Positions 1-9,913 of a stretch of DNA of 64,000 nt are shown piece by piece. The notes under the pieces were generated by a model. That model ran no database searches and was not told the origin of the DNA. It worked only from the letters and a program-made list of their open reading frames with translations. The stretch's first letter is position 1; each line of letters opens with the position of its first letter. This stretch comes from Dehalococcoidia bacterium (GTDB lineage Bacteria > Chloroflexota > Dehalococcoidia > UBA2979), in assembly GCA_963667465.2 (NCBI GenBank), contig CAXXDN010000002.1:1824001-1888000 (forward strand). Direction: 5' to 3'. Both the position numbers and the translations under genes were made by a program.

Positions 1-173
1 ATCCGGCGATCGCGATCCGCGGCCGGCGTTGCTGGAGGGGCGCGCCGCCGTCGCCGCCGTGGCGGGGGAGCGAATGGACGCCCTCGGCTCAGCCTTGCGG
101 GCCTGAGCGGGTCTGAGCAGGCACGAGGCGGGAGCCGGTTCGCGATTCCCGTGCGGCTTCCTGTAGAGGGTGC

Positions 174-1007
174 GTGGGTATACTCGATGCGATGGTGAAT
201 CAGCCGCCGGCGGACCCGGGCAGGCCTCCCCAGCACCTCGATCCGCGCGAGCCGGCCGGCGCGCGGCCACCTGTCCGCGCCCTCAGCTTCGCGCACGCGC
301 CCAGCCACGGCGGCCTTGCGGAGCGCGACCCCTGGGCTCCGCCGCTCGAGCCCCCGGACCCGGCTCCCGACGAGCGCAGCACGCTGCAACGAATCTGGCC
401 GTTCGGGCTGCGCGGCCTCAGCGAAACCCTCGAGGTGATCGCGCTCGCCCTGCTGATGTTCATCGTCGTGCGCGGCGTCGCGCAGAACTTCATCGTCGAC
501 GGCGGCTCGATGGAGCCGAGCTTCCAGCACGCCGACATGGTTGTGGTGAACAAGCTCGCCTATCGCACCTTCGACTTCTCCTGGCTGCCCCTCGTCGAGG
601 AGAACGCCTGGCAGCCCTTCGGCGCGATCGAGCAGGGCGACGTCGTCGTCTTCGCCTTCCCGCTCGGCCAGGACCGTGACTTCATCAAGCGCGTGGTCGC
701 GCTGCCCGGACAGACCGTCGAGGTAAGCGATGGGAGCGTGATCGTGGACGGGGCCATACTGGACGAGCCCTATCTGCTGCACGCCCCCAGCTACTCGTTC
801 AGCCCGCAGACGGTCCCCGCTGGCCACGTCTTCGTCCTCGGCGACGCGCGCAACAACTCCTACGACTCGCACTCCTGGGGGATGCTCCACCAGGGCCTGA
901 TCGTCGGCCGTGCCGAGCTGCGCTACTGGCCGCTCGGCCGCTTCGGCATCGTCGGCCACGAGGAGCCCGTCGCACAGCTCGGCGTCGAAGTGAGTTACTC
1001 CCCGTGA
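174..1007 (+). CDS. lepB: Signal peptidase I
   Basis: TM helix followed by GGSMEP (catalytic Ser), FIKRVVALPG (catalytic Lys) and FVLGDARNNSYDSHSWG boxes; start uncertain. Confidence 0.93.
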   Translation: MGILDAMVNQPPADPGRPPQHLDPREPAGARPPVRALSFAHAPSHGGLAERDPWAPPLEPPDPAPDERSTLQRIWPFGLRGLSETLEVIALALLMFIVVRGVAQNFIVDGGSMEPSFQHADMVVVNKLAYRTFDFSWLPLVEENAWQPFGAIEQGDVVVFAFPLGQDRDFIKRVVALPGQTVEVSDGSVIVDGAILDEPYLLHAPSYSFSPQTVPAGHVFVLGDARNNSYDSHSWGMLHQGLIVGRAELRYWPLGRFGIVGHEEPVAQLGVEVSYSP

Positions 1008-1582
1008 CGACCGACGAGGCGTCCGACCCCGCGGTGATCGCCGCCTTCGAGGAGAGCGGCGCCTTCCTCGACGGTCACTTCCAGCTCGCCTCCGGCCGCC
1101 ACGCCGGCCGTTACGTCGAGAAGTTCAACCTGCTGCAGTGGCCGGACCGCACCGCCGAGATCTGCGCGCGCCTCGCCGACGCGGCGCGCGACCTGGACCC
1201 GCAAACCGTGGCCGGCCCCACCACCGGCGGCGTGATCCTCGCCTACGAGCTGGCCCGCCAGCTCGGTGTGCGCGGGATCATCGCCGAGCGCCGCGAAGAC
1301 GGGCCCGGCCGCGCGATCCAGCGCGACTTCCGCCTCAGCCCCGGCGAGCGCGTGCTGATCGCCGACGACGTGGTCACCAGCGGCGGCTCCGTCCACGACA
1401 CGATCGAGGCCGTGCGCGAGGCCGGCGGCGAGCCCGTCGGCGTCACCGTGCTGGTCGACCGCTCGAGCGGGCGCGCCGACTTCGGCCTGCCTTTCTTCGC
1501 CGCCGCCACGCTCGACATCGAGAGCTGGGCGCCCGCCGACTGTCCGCTTTGCCCCGAAGGCGTCCCGCTCACGATCACCTAG
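1004..1582 (+). CDS. pyrE: Orotate phosphoribosyltransferase
   Basis: GHFQLASGRH, PRPP-binding motif VLIADDVVTSGGS, C-terminal CPLC; GTGA overlap with lepB. Confidence 0.93.
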   Translation: MTTDEASDPAVIAAFEESGAFLDGHFQLASGRHAGRYVEKFNLLQWPDRTAEICARLADAARDLDPQTVAGPTTGGVILAYELARQLGVRGIIAERREDGPGRAIQRDFRLSPGERVLIADDVVTSGGSVHDTIEAVREAGGEPVGVTVLVDRSSGRADFGLPFFAAATLDIESWAPADCPLCPEGVPLTIT

Positions 1583-1648
1583 CCGCGCGCAGGCCGCGCT
1601 CGTACGCCCTCGCCTGCTAGAGTGCCGCTCGCGAGGACGGAGGCAGCG

Positions 1649-2572
1649 GTGCGATTCAGCGTCCAGACCGGGCAGCAGAACATCGAGTGGGACGAGCTCT
1701 CCGAGTCATGGCAGCGCATCGAGGCGCTCGGCTACGACGGCGCCTGGACGATCGACCACTTCCTGCCGACCGGCACACGCGACACCGAGGGGCCCTGCAT
1801 GGACGGCTGGGTGGTGCTCGCAGCGCTCGCCGCGGAGACGGAGCGGCTGCGCTTCGGCACGCTGGTGACGGGCAACCTGTTCCGCAACCCCGCGCTGCTC
1901 GCCAAGACCGCGACGACGATCGACCAGATTTCGGGCGGGCGGCTGGAGTTCGGCATCGGCGCGGGCAACAACCCGCTCGAGCACGCGGCCTACGGCTGGC
2001 CGTTCCCCTCCGCGCGCGAACGCCTCGATCGCCTCGACGAGGCACTGCAGCTGATCCGGCTGCTCTGGTCGGACGAGGAGGAAGTCTCCTTCGAGGGCGA
2101 GTACTACAGCCTCAGCCAGGCCCCGTTCCGTCCTGCCCCGGTGCAGCGGCCGCACCCGCCGATCCTCGTAGGCGGCGCGGGCGAGCGGCGCACGCTCAAC
2201 ATCGTCGCTCGCCACGCCGACGCCTGGAACGGCGTCGGCGCCGCCGCCGACCTCGCCCCGAAGGTCGAGGTGCTGAAGCAACACTGCAACGACGTGGGCC
2301 GGCGCTTCGAGGAGATCCGGCTGACCGCAGGCACGCCGCTGATCCCGGACGCGATCTACGAGCGCTGGACGGAGCGCACCGCCGGGCGGCGCGGCATCTC
2401 CGTCGAGGAGCAGCGCGCCCAGACCATCGGCGGCCCGCCCGAGTCGATGCAGGCAGCGGTGCAGAGCTACGCCGACGGCGGCTTCGACGAGGTGATCCTC
2501 ATGATGAACACCCCCTACGACTGGCCCGCCATCGAGCGCTTCGCCTCGGAGGTCGCTCCGGCGTTCCGGTAG
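1649..2572 (+). CDS. LLM-class (probably F420-dependent) oxidoreductase
   Basis: DHF, LAALAAETERLRFGTLVTGN, RNPALLAK, DQISGGRLEFGIGAG, PPILVGGAGE. Start placed at GTG 1649 after GGAGG because the ORF-track start at 1622 overlaps a TAGAGT -10. Confidence 0.88.
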   Translation: MRFSVQTGQQNIEWDELSESWQRIEALGYDGAWTIDHFLPTGTRDTEGPCMDGWVVLAALAAETERLRFGTLVTGNLFRNPALLAKTATTIDQISGGRLEFGIGAGNNPLEHAAYGWPFPSARERLDRLDEALQLIRLLWSDEEEVSFEGEYYSLSQAPFRPAPVQRPHPPILVGGAGERRTLNIVARHADAWNGVGAAADLAPKVEVLKQHCNDVGRRFEEIRLTAGTPLIPDAIYERWTERTAGRRGISVEEQRAQTIGGPPESMQAAVQSYADGGFDEVILMMNTPYDWPAIERFASEVAPAFR

Positions 2573-2579
2573 CCGGCGG

Positions 2580-3044
2580 CTATCGAGACGTATCCGATCG
2601 GCCGCCTGTTCCACTGCTGAGCGCCGATTCTTGCGCCGGAGCGGCAATCACCTGCAAGCGCTTCCCGATCGCTCCGAGGGCGGCGTCCATCTGATCCAAT
2701 CGCGAGTGGTGGTTCACGTCGAGCACACGGTCCACTTGCGGCATGTGCCAGCCCAGGCGACGTGCAAGTTCCGCCTTACCGACCCCCTGATCCCGCATTC
2801 CCTGGTAGAGCATCACCTTGACCGAGGTGAGGGTCGGCAGCACGGCAGAGATTTCGCCTCGAGAGGGTGCGGGAATGTCCCTCCGGTCGTGGATGCGGGC
2901 AGCGATTGCCTCTTCGAGCGCGTCTCCGGCGCGAGCGAGGGCTTCCTCGCGGTCGTCGCCGAACGTGGTCAGTTCCGGGAAGTCGGGCGACGTAGCCAGC
3001 ACGGCGCCATGATCGTCCTCAAGTACGATCGGGTAGGCGAGCAT
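2580..3044 (-). CDS. hicB: HicB family antitoxin with C-terminal HTH
   Basis: YPIVLE..ATSPDFPELTTFGDDREEALARAGDAL N-domain and KAELARRLGWHMPQVDRVLD HTH; follows hicA. Confidence 0.88.
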   Translation of the reverse strand: MLAYPIVLEDDHGAVLATSPDFPELTTFGDDREEALARAGDALEEAIAARIHDRRDIPAPSRGEISAVLPTLTSVKVMLYQGMRDQGVGKAELARRLGWHMPQVDRVLDVNHHSRLDQMDAALGAIGKRLQVIAAPAQESALSSGTGGRSDTSR

Positions 3045-3232
3045 CAGTTAAGCCCCAGGTCCTTCTTGATCTTGGCGACGAGCCCCCGGCCCAACTCCTT
3101 GCGGCCGCCGTGCATCGGCAACTGGCTGGTCCGGTCGCCCCGCCGGACGGTGAGGTGGCCGCTGCCGCCCTTGTGGGTATGAAACGTGCAGCCCTGCCTG
3201 CTCAGCCAGCGGCGGAATTCCCGCGCGTTCAT
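3044..3232 (-). CDS. hicA: HicA family mRNA interferase toxin
   Basis: 62 aa, basic, GGSGHLTV (conserved His), PMHGGRKELGRGLVAKIKKDLGL. Confidence 0.9.
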   Translation of the reverse strand: MNAREFRRWLSRQGCTFHTHKGGSGHLTVRRGDRTSQLPMHGGRKELGRGLVAKIKKDLGLN

Positions 3233-3239
3233 CGATCAG

Positions 3240-3269
3240 ACCGTACACAACACTTCTGTTGCTTGTCAA
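3240..3269 (-). promoter_or_regulatory. Sigma70-type promoter for leaderless hicAB with operator inverted repeat
   Basis: Minus strand TTGACA-N18-TACGGT-N7-ATG; CAACA-cttc-TGTTG inverted repeat (3248-3261) lies in the spacer. Confidence 0.7.
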
Positions 3270-3434
3270 TCCACCTGCTGCACCCCACCCGGCAGCAAGC
3301 ACACCCGGCCACTCCGACCCCTCCCCCGCTTGACGCGCCGCGCGCGGGCGCACCACCATCGGGCGCAGCCATCCCGCGCGTGGAGGGCGGTGCGCTTGAG
3401 CGGGTCGAACGGACAGCGACCGGATGCGGACGCC

Positions 3435-4613
3435 GTGGGCGAGACGCCCGCAGCCATCGAGGGCGTGCGCGTCGTCGAGATCGCGGCGGGGCGCGCCGTC
3501 GCCTACTGCTCGCAACTGCTCGCACAGTTCGGCGCCGAGGTGATCCGCATCGAGCCGCCCGGCGGCGATGCGATCCGCCTCGCGGGCCCGTTCACCGGCG
3601 ATGAGCCCGACGCCGACGGCGGCGGACTGCACGCCGCCATCAACCGCGGCAAGCGCAGCGTCGTGCTCGACCTCGAACGCGACGAGGAGGCGGCGCTCGC
3701 GGCCCGGCTGATCGAGGGCGCGGACCTGCTGCTCTCCGACTGGCGCGAGGGCGAGCGGGTGTCCTCGGAGCTGCCGCTCGGCGATCCGGATCGCTGGGGC
3801 GAGCGCTTCCCGGAGACGACCTTCGTCTCGATCTCCGACTTCGGCATGACCGGGCCGTACGCCTCCTGGCACGCCGACAGTCACATCATCGAGGGCCTCG
3901 CCGGGTTCTCCTACGTGAGCGGCGACCCGGACCGCGAGCCGCTCAGCGCGGGCATCGAGATCAGCGACTACTTCGCGGCAACGCACGCGACCATCGCTGC
4001 GCTCGCCGCCGTCGCCGCGGCGCGGCGGGGCGAACGGGCACACGTCGTCGACATCTCCGCGCACGAGGCACTGACGATGACGGACGACCACAACCTCGTG
4101 GTCTGGCTCGGCTCGGGCGTGGTGCGGAAGCGCTACTACTCGCGGATCCTGCCCGGCTACCCGAACGACATCATGGCCTGCAAGGACGGCTACATCGCCT
4201 TCGTGCCGGTCGGCACGGGTCACCACGACTTCGCCGGGGTGATCTCGACGCTGCTCGAGCGGCCGGACATGAAGGACAGCCCGATCTTCACGGAGACACA
4301 GACGCGCAACCTCCGCTGGCGCGAGTTCGACGCCGTCGCCCTGCCCTGGCTGGCCCGCCACACCCGCGAGGAGATCTTCCAGCGCGCCGGCGAGCTGGGG
4401 CTCGGCTTCGGCACCGTCCCGGACGTCGAGGACCTGCTCGGCGACCACCACCTCGCGGAGCGCGACTACTGGGATGACGGGCCGGATGGCGCGAAGCTGA
4501 CCGGCGCGGGCGCGATTATGTCGGCTACGCCCCAGCGCTTCGGACCCGCGCCCGCCCTCGACGCCGACGGCGAGGCGCTGCGCGCGAGCGCGGCGGCGGA
4601 GGGAGCGGACTGA
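3435..4613 (+). CDS. CoA-transferase family III (CaiB/BaiF)
   Basis: IEGVRVVEI, GAEVIRIEPPGGD, NRGKRSVVLDL, SISDFGMTGPY, Asp in EISDY; start re-called to GTG 3435. Confidence 0.88.
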   Translation: MGETPAAIEGVRVVEIAAGRAVAYCSQLLAQFGAEVIRIEPPGGDAIRLAGPFTGDEPDADGGGLHAAINRGKRSVVLDLERDEEAALAARLIEGADLLLSDWREGERVSSELPLGDPDRWGERFPETTFVSISDFGMTGPYASWHADSHIIEGLAGFSYVSGDPDREPLSAGIEISDYFAATHATIAALAAVAAARRGERAHVVDISAHEALTMTDDHNLVVWLGSGVVRKRYYSRILPGYPNDIMACKDGYIAFVPVGTGHHDFAGVISTLLERPDMKDSPIFTETQTRNLRWREFDAVALPWLARHTREEIFQRAGELGLGFGTVPDVEDLLGDHHLAERDYWDDGPDGAKLTGAGAIMSATPQRFGPAPALDADGEALRASAAAEGAD

Positions 4614-4614
4614 G

Positions 4615-5955
4615 ATGCGCTTCTTCGACGAGCTCAAGGTCGTCGCGCTGACGCAGGGCTGGGTCGGGCCGCTGGCGACGCGCATCCTCTCCGACCTCGG
4701 GTCGAACATGGTGCGCGTCGAGCGGGCGTTCACGCCGGGCGGGAACTACGGCAACCGCACGCTCTTCCCGCCTCGCAACGACATCACGGGCGAGGTCTGG
4801 AACCGCAACATCTACTTCACTGTCCGCAACGCCGGCACGCGCTCTGCGATGATCGACCTCGGGCAGGAGGAGGGCCGCGCGCTGGTGCGGCGGCTCATCT
4901 CCCAGGCCGACGTGGCCGTCGAGAACTTCATGCCCGGCGTCGTCGCCCGCCTCGGCTTTGACTTCAAGGAGCTGCACGAGGAGTTCCCGAGCCTGATCCT
5001 GCTCCACCTGAGCGGCTTCGGGCAGACCGGCCCCAACGCCTTCCGCCCGGCCAACGGCATGACGATGGAACCCGCCTCGGGCGTGCCGACGGTGACCGGC
5101 TACCGCGGCGAGGGCCCGACCAAGACCGGCCAGACCTGGGTCGACCCCTACTCGGGGCTGCACGGGGCGGCCGCCCTCGTCGCCGCACTGATCCACCGCG
5201 ACCGCACGGGCGAGGGCCAGATCATCGATGTCTCGATGCAGGAGGCGACGCTGCCGGTCCTCGAGTCGCAGTTCGCCGACTACCAGCGCAACGGCCGCCA
5301 CCAGACGCGCGATGGAAATCGCCGGCCGGGCATGGTGCGCGGCGCCTACCCCTGCGCGGGCGACGACGACTGGGTGGCGATCTCGTTGCGCGACGAGGCC
5401 GAGTGGCAGGCCTTCTGCCGCGCGAGCGGCCACGCAGCCTGGCTGAACGACCCGCGCTTCGCCGACGCCGCCTCGCGCACGGCGCACCACGACGCCCTCG
5501 ACGAGCTGATCGCGGCCTGGACGCGGGGGCGCGACAAGTTCGAGATTGCCGCCCTGCTGCAGGCGGCGAGCGCTCCGGCAGGTCCGGTCCTCAAGGCCGA
5601 CGAGTTGACCGCGGACCCGCACCTGGCCGCGCGCGAGTTCTTCGACGACCTGCAGATCGGCGACTTCGGGCGGGTGCCGATCCAGCGCTACCTGCCGGCG
5701 AAGTTCGACGGCGAGGGCGTCCCCGCCAGGGGACCGGCGCCGCACCTCGGGGAGGACACGGACGCGGTGCTGGCGGAGTTGGGGCTGAGCGAAGCGGAGA
5801 TCGAGGACCTGCACGAGCGGCGCATCGCCGACCGCGCCTCCGACCTGCACTCGGACCCCGTCGCACGCGAGGGCACGCAGCTCCCGTTCGAGGACTACGA
5901 GGCGATGGGCTCGGTCCTGCGCATCGACCGCGACTACGCGCCGAAGCCGCTGTAA
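4615..5955 (+). CDS. CoA-transferase family III (CaiB/BaiF)
   Basis: WVGPLATRILSDLG, VENFMPGV, LSGFGQTGP, WVDPYSG, GEGQIIDVSM; directly coupled to the previous gene. Confidence 0.9.
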   Translation: MRFFDELKVVALTQGWVGPLATRILSDLGSNMVRVERAFTPGGNYGNRTLFPPRNDITGEVWNRNIYFTVRNAGTRSAMIDLGQEEGRALVRRLISQADVAVENFMPGVVARLGFDFKELHEEFPSLILLHLSGFGQTGPNAFRPANGMTMEPASGVPTVTGYRGEGPTKTGQTWVDPYSGLHGAAALVAALIHRDRTGEGQIIDVSMQEATLPVLESQFADYQRNGRHQTRDGNRRPGMVRGAYPCAGDDDWVAISLRDEAEWQAFCRASGHAAWLNDPRFADAASRTAHHDALDELIAAWTRGRDKFEIAALLQAASAPAGPVLKADELTADPHLAAREFFDDLQIGDFGRVPIQRYLPAKFDGEGVPARGPAPHLGEDTDAVLAELGLSEAEIEDLHERRIADRASDLHSDPVAREGTQLPFEDYEAMGSVLRIDRDYAPKPL

Positions 5956-6035
5956 CGTCCGGCAGGCCACAGCCTGTCGTTCCGCGATTCACTTACCGGC
6001 CGCAGCCTGTACATGGCCCTCGGAGCGCCGCGCGC

Positions 6036-7268
6036 TCAGACGATGTTGCGCTGCCGGAGGATCACCACGTCCTCGGGCGTGTAGCCGAGCTCGGAGGTCA
6101 ATACCTCGCTGGTGTGCTCGCCGAGCAGCGGCGCGCGGCGCAGCGCGCCCGGCGTGCCGTGCATGCGAATGGGCAGTCCGGGGAACTCGAAGGCTCCAGC
6201 CTCGGGGTGCTCGATCGTGGTGATGAACTCGCGCTCGCGGAGGTGGGGGTCGGCGAAGACGTCCGCCATCGTGTTGATCGCGCCGACGGGGAGGCCCACT
6301 TCCTGCGCCTCCTCCATCACCTGTTGCTTCGTGCGCTCCAGCAGCCACGGGTAGACCAGCGCGTCGAGGTCCCCGCCGTGCTCGATGTGCTCGAGCCGCG
6401 CGAGCGTCTCCTCGTCGTCAATCAGGTCGGGGCGTCCGATCATGCGGCAGAAGCGGTCCCACCACTGCAGCGTGCCGTTGATGAACACGTAGCCGTCCTG
6501 GCAGGGGTAGACGCCTCGCGGGATGGCGTTGCGCCGCAACTCGCGCATGCGCAGGTGCATCAGCGAGCCCGAGTACTGCCAGGCGACGAGGTTCGGCCCG
6601 CCTCGATCCATCGAGGCGCTGAGCACGTCCTGGATCGAGACGTCGACGGTCTGCCCTTCGCCGTCGCGGTCCGCCGCCAGCAGCGCGCCGAACGCCATCG
6701 CCGCGGCGACGGCCCCCGCAAGAAAGAGCGGCGCGTAGAGCCCGATCTTGATCGGCTCGCGCTCCGGCACGCCCGTGATCTGCAGCACCCCGCCCGTGGC
6801 GTAGAGCAGCATGTCGTCGGCCTCGAAGTCCCGGTACGGGCCGTACTGCCCGAAGTTGGAGATGCGAATCAGCGAGGCCCCCGGACGCAGCGCGGCGAGC
6901 CGCTCCTCGTCGAGCCCGAGCCGTTCGAGGGCGCCAGGCCGGAAGCTCTCGACGACGAGGTCCGCGCTCGCGGCGAGGCGTTGCAGGATGCGCTGCCCGC
7001 TCGCGGTCTTGAGGTTGAGCGTGACGCTGCGCTTGCCTGTGTTGATGTGGAGGAAGACGCCGCCCCGCTCCGGATGCGGCTCGTCGTCCGGGAAGGGACC
7101 GCTGCGGCGCGCGGGATCACCGCCGTCCGGGCGCTCGATCTTGATCACGTCCGCGCCGTAGTCGGCATAGAGCTTCGTCGCGTACGGCCCGGCCACACCC
7201 TGCGTCAGATCGAGGATGCGCAGGCCCTCGAGGGGCGGTCCCTGCGCCTCGCGTTCGGAGTCCGCCAT
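6036..7268 (-). CDS. CoA-transferase family III, apparently lacking the catalytic Asp
   Basis: PLEGLRILDLTQGVAGP, GADVIKIE, NTGKRSVTLNL, APLLGEHT; YAPLFLAG at the position where paralogs have Asp. Confidence 0.88.
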   Translation of the reverse strand: MADSEREAQGPPLEGLRILDLTQGVAGPYATKLYADYGADVIKIERPDGGDPARRSGPFPDDEPHPERGGVFLHINTGKRSVTLNLKTASGQRILQRLAASADLVVESFRPGALERLGLDEERLAALRPGASLIRISNFGQYGPYRDFEADDMLLYATGGVLQITGVPEREPIKIGLYAPLFLAGAVAAAMAFGALLAADRDGEGQTVDVSIQDVLSASMDRGGPNLVAWQYSGSLMHLRMRELRRNAIPRGVYPCQDGYVFINGTLQWWDRFCRMIGRPDLIDDEETLARLEHIEHGGDLDALVYPWLLERTKQQVMEEAQEVGLPVGAINTMADVFADPHLREREFITTIEHPEAGAFEFPGLPIRMHGTPGALRRAPLLGEHTSEVLTSELGYTPEDVVILRQRNIV

Positions 7269-7392
7269 CGCCGCCGCCGCCTCCCGACCCGCGCCGCGCG
7301 AGGCTAGCCGGTCGCCGCCCAGGCTGTCGACCGGCGCGCACCCGCTAGAATCGCAGGGACGCGGCAGCGCGGAGCAGAAGAGGCGGGCGGCG

Positions 7393-8610
7393 ATGGCGCA
7401 GCAACGGGTGGATGCGGTGTTCATGCGCGGCGGCACCAGCCGCGGCATCTTCTTCCAGCGCGCCTGGCTGCCCGCGGCCCGCGAGGATTGGGACCCGATC
7501 TTCCTCGGCGCACTCGGCAGCCCGGACCCCTACGGCCGCCAGCTCGACGGCCTGGGGGGCGGCGTCTCCTCCCTCTCCAAGATCGTCGTCATCGAGCCGT
7601 CGGCGAGGGCGGACGCGGACGTCGAGTACACCTTCGGCCAAGTCGCCGTCCGCGAGGCGGCGGTTGCCTACCGCACCAACTGCGGCAACCTGACATCCGC
7701 CGTCGGCCCGTTCGCCGTCGATGAGGGCCTTGTGACGCCCTCGGTCGGCTCGGACGGCGGGGCGGCGGTGCGGCTCTACAACGTGAACACGCAGAAGCGG
7801 ATCGTGGCCCGCTTCCCGCTCGACGGCGCGAGCGCCGCCGTCGAAGGCGACTTCCCCTTGCTCGGCGTCGCCGGCCAGGGAGCGCCGATCCGCCTCGAGT
7901 TCCAGGACCCCGGCGGCGCGGTGACGGGCGAACTGCTGCCCGGCGGCGCGCCGGCGCAGACGCTGGCCGTCCCCGGCCTCGGCGACCTGCGCGTCTCGAT
8001 CGTGGACGCGACGACGGCCATCGTCGCCGTCAACGCCGCAGACCTCGGCCTGGCCGGCAGCGAGCTGCCCGACGCGATCGAGGCCGACGCCGGGCTGCTC
8101 GCGCGCCTCGAGGCGGTGCGCGGGGCAGCGGCGCTGCGGCTCGGGCTCTCGCCGAGCGTAGAGGAGGCGAGCGCCTGCTCGCCGCAGAGCCCGTTGATCG
8201 CGATCGTCGCCGCCCCGCAGCCCGCGACAACCCTCGCGGGCGAGGCCGTCGCGCCCGAGGCGGTCGACCTCACGGCGCGCGTGATGTCGATGGGGCAGGC
8301 GCACCGCGCGCTGCCGCTGACGGCCGCGATGTGCCTCGCCGTCGCCGCGCGCATCGAGGGCAGCGTGGTGCACGAGCTGACGCGGCCCGGCAATCCGGCC
8401 GCCGACCTGCGGCTCGGCAACCCCTCGGGCGTCCTGCCCGTGGCTGCCAGCGTGCGGCACGAGGGCGGCGGCGAGGGCGATTGGATCGCCGACGACGTAG
8501 TGGTCTACCGCACCGCCCGGCGACTGATGGAGGGCCGCGTGCTGGTGCCCGCCTCGCGCCTCGCAACGCCCGCGGTGGCGACGGCCGCGGCGGCAGGAGC
8601 CACGCCGTGA
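7393..8610 (+). CDS. prpF: PrpF/Mii-family isomerase
   Basis: MRGGTSRGIFF, LGSPDPYGRQLDGLGGG.SSLSK, NCGNLTSAVGPFA, HRALPLT, RTARRLMEG. Confidence 0.85.
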   Translation: MAQQRVDAVFMRGGTSRGIFFQRAWLPAAREDWDPIFLGALGSPDPYGRQLDGLGGGVSSLSKIVVIEPSARADADVEYTFGQVAVREAAVAYRTNCGNLTSAVGPFAVDEGLVTPSVGSDGGAAVRLYNVNTQKRIVARFPLDGASAAVEGDFPLLGVAGQGAPIRLEFQDPGGAVTGELLPGGAPAQTLAVPGLGDLRVSIVDATTAIVAVNAADLGLAGSELPDAIEADAGLLARLEAVRGAAALRLGLSPSVEEASACSPQSPLIAIVAAPQPATTLAGEAVAPEAVDLTARVMSMGQAHRALPLTAAMCLAVAARIEGSVVHELTRPGNPAADLRLGNPSGVLPVAASVRHEGGGEGDWIADDVVVYRTARRLMEGRVLVPASRLATPAVATAAAAGATP

Positions 8611-9488
8611 GCGCGACACAGGCGACGATCCCCGCGGCCGCACGGCTGCGCGAGCTAATCGCGGGTGACGGGGTCGTCGTCGCGCCGGGCGTCTTCGACG
8701 GGCTCTCGGCGCGGCTGGTCGAGCAGGCGGGCTTCCCCGCCGTCTACGCCAGCGGTGGCGCGATCGCACGCAGTGCCGGACTGCCGGACCTCGGCCTGCT
8801 CGGCCTCGGCGAGGTCGTCGACCGCCTCCGCCCGATCGTCGAGGCGGTCGCGATCCCGGTGATCGCGGACGCGGACACGGGCTACGGCAACGCGCTCAAC
8901 ACACGTCGCGCCGTGCAGGAGTTCGCACGCCTCGGCGTGGCCGCGCTGCACCTCGAGGACCAGACGTTCCCCAAGCGCTGCGGCCACCTCGACGACAAAT
9001 CGCTCGTCCCGGTGGAGGAGATGGCGCAGAAGCTGCGCGCGGCCAGCGAAGCGCTGGAGGGCAGCGGCGTGGTGCTGATCGCGCGCACCGACGCGATCGC
9101 CGTCGAGGGCCTCGAGGCTGCCCTCGAGCGCGCCGAGCGCTACGGCGAGGCGGGAGCGGATGTGCTCTTCGTCGAGGCGCCGGAGAGCGAGGCGCAGATC
9201 AAGGCGATCGCGGAGCGGCTGCCGGGGCCGAAGCTGATCAACATGTTCCAGGGCGGCAAGACGCCGCTCGTCCCCGCCGGGCGGCTCGCCGCGCTCGGCT
9301 ACCGGATCGTGATCATCCCCTCGGACCTCCAGCGCGCGGCGGTGTGGGCGATGCAGCGCACGCTGGAGGCGATCGGCGAGGACGGCAGCAGCGCAGCGCA
9401 GGCCGAGCGCATGATCTCGTTCAACGAGCGCGAGGAGATCGTCGGCACGGCGGGCTACCTCGATCTTGGTGAGCGCTACGGGGCGTAA
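8607..9488 (+). CDS. Isocitrate lyase/PEP mutase family lyase (methylisocitrate- or dimethylmalate-lyase-like)
   Basis: PGVFDGLSA, GLPDLGL, PVIADADTGYG, LEDQTFPKRCGH, IARTDA; GTGA overlap with prpF. Confidence 0.88.
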   Translation: MSATQATIPAAARLRELIAGDGVVVAPGVFDGLSARLVEQAGFPAVYASGGAIARSAGLPDLGLLGLGEVVDRLRPIVEAVAIPVIADADTGYGNALNTRRAVQEFARLGVAALHLEDQTFPKRCGHLDDKSLVPVEEMAQKLRAASEALEGSGVVLIARTDAIAVEGLEAALERAERYGEAGADVLFVEAPESEAQIKAIAERLPGPKLINMFQGGKTPLVPAGRLAALGYRIVIIPSDLQRAAVWAMQRTLEAIGEDGSSAAQAERMISFNEREEIVGTAGYLDLGERYGA

Positions 9489-9537
9489 CCCGCCGCGTAG
9501 CAGGCGCTGCTAGCATCGGCGTCGCGGGGAGCGCAAC

Positions 9538-9903
9538 ATGACCATCACCGTCGTCCGTCTGCAGCGGGAACGGCAGCGCGCCAGTGCGGCGGGCACGCGC
9601 GGCGGACGCGCGTTCGACATCGAGGCGGCGATGGCGGAGATGCGCGAGCAGGGCTACGACCCGCACCGTGAGGTGGTCGAGCTGGTCTTCGGCCCGGCCC
9701 CCGTGCAGAGCGCTTACGACGAGCGCCTCGATCGCTTCATCTTCCGCATCGCGGGTAGCAAGCCGACGATCGAGATCGAGGTCGAGCTGCCGCCCGGGCA
9801 GCTCGCCGAGGCGGAATGGGCGCCGCTGATCGCCGCCGGCTGGGTGCGGGACCGCATTCGCCCGCCGATCCCCGAGTTCTACCCGGCCGGCCACGGCCTG
9901 TAA
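9538..9903 (+). CDS. Hypothetical protein
   Basis: 121 aa ORF filling the gap, genome-like codon usage, upstream TAGCAT -10 and GGGGAG RBS; no recognised motif. Confidence 0.65.
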   Translation: MTITVVRLQRERQRASAAGTRGGRAFDIEAAMAEMREQGYDPHREVVELVFGPAPVQSAYDERLDRFIFRIAGSKPTIEIEVELPPGQLAEAEWAPLIAAGWVRDRIRPPIPEFYPAGHGL

Positions 9904-9913
9904 GGAGCCGCCG

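Noticed and set aside
1-106. 3' end of an upstream gene
   Set aside because: Too short to assign a frame or product.
2573-3434. Flanking target duplication around hicAB (also sought around both vapC loci)
   Set aside because: No matching direct repeat found by eye.
4600-4620. Readthrough or frameshift fusing the two CoA-transferases, like the fused gene at 24106
   Set aside because: The frames differ, the second gene has its own ATG and GGAGGGAG RBS, and no slippery site or SECIS is evident.
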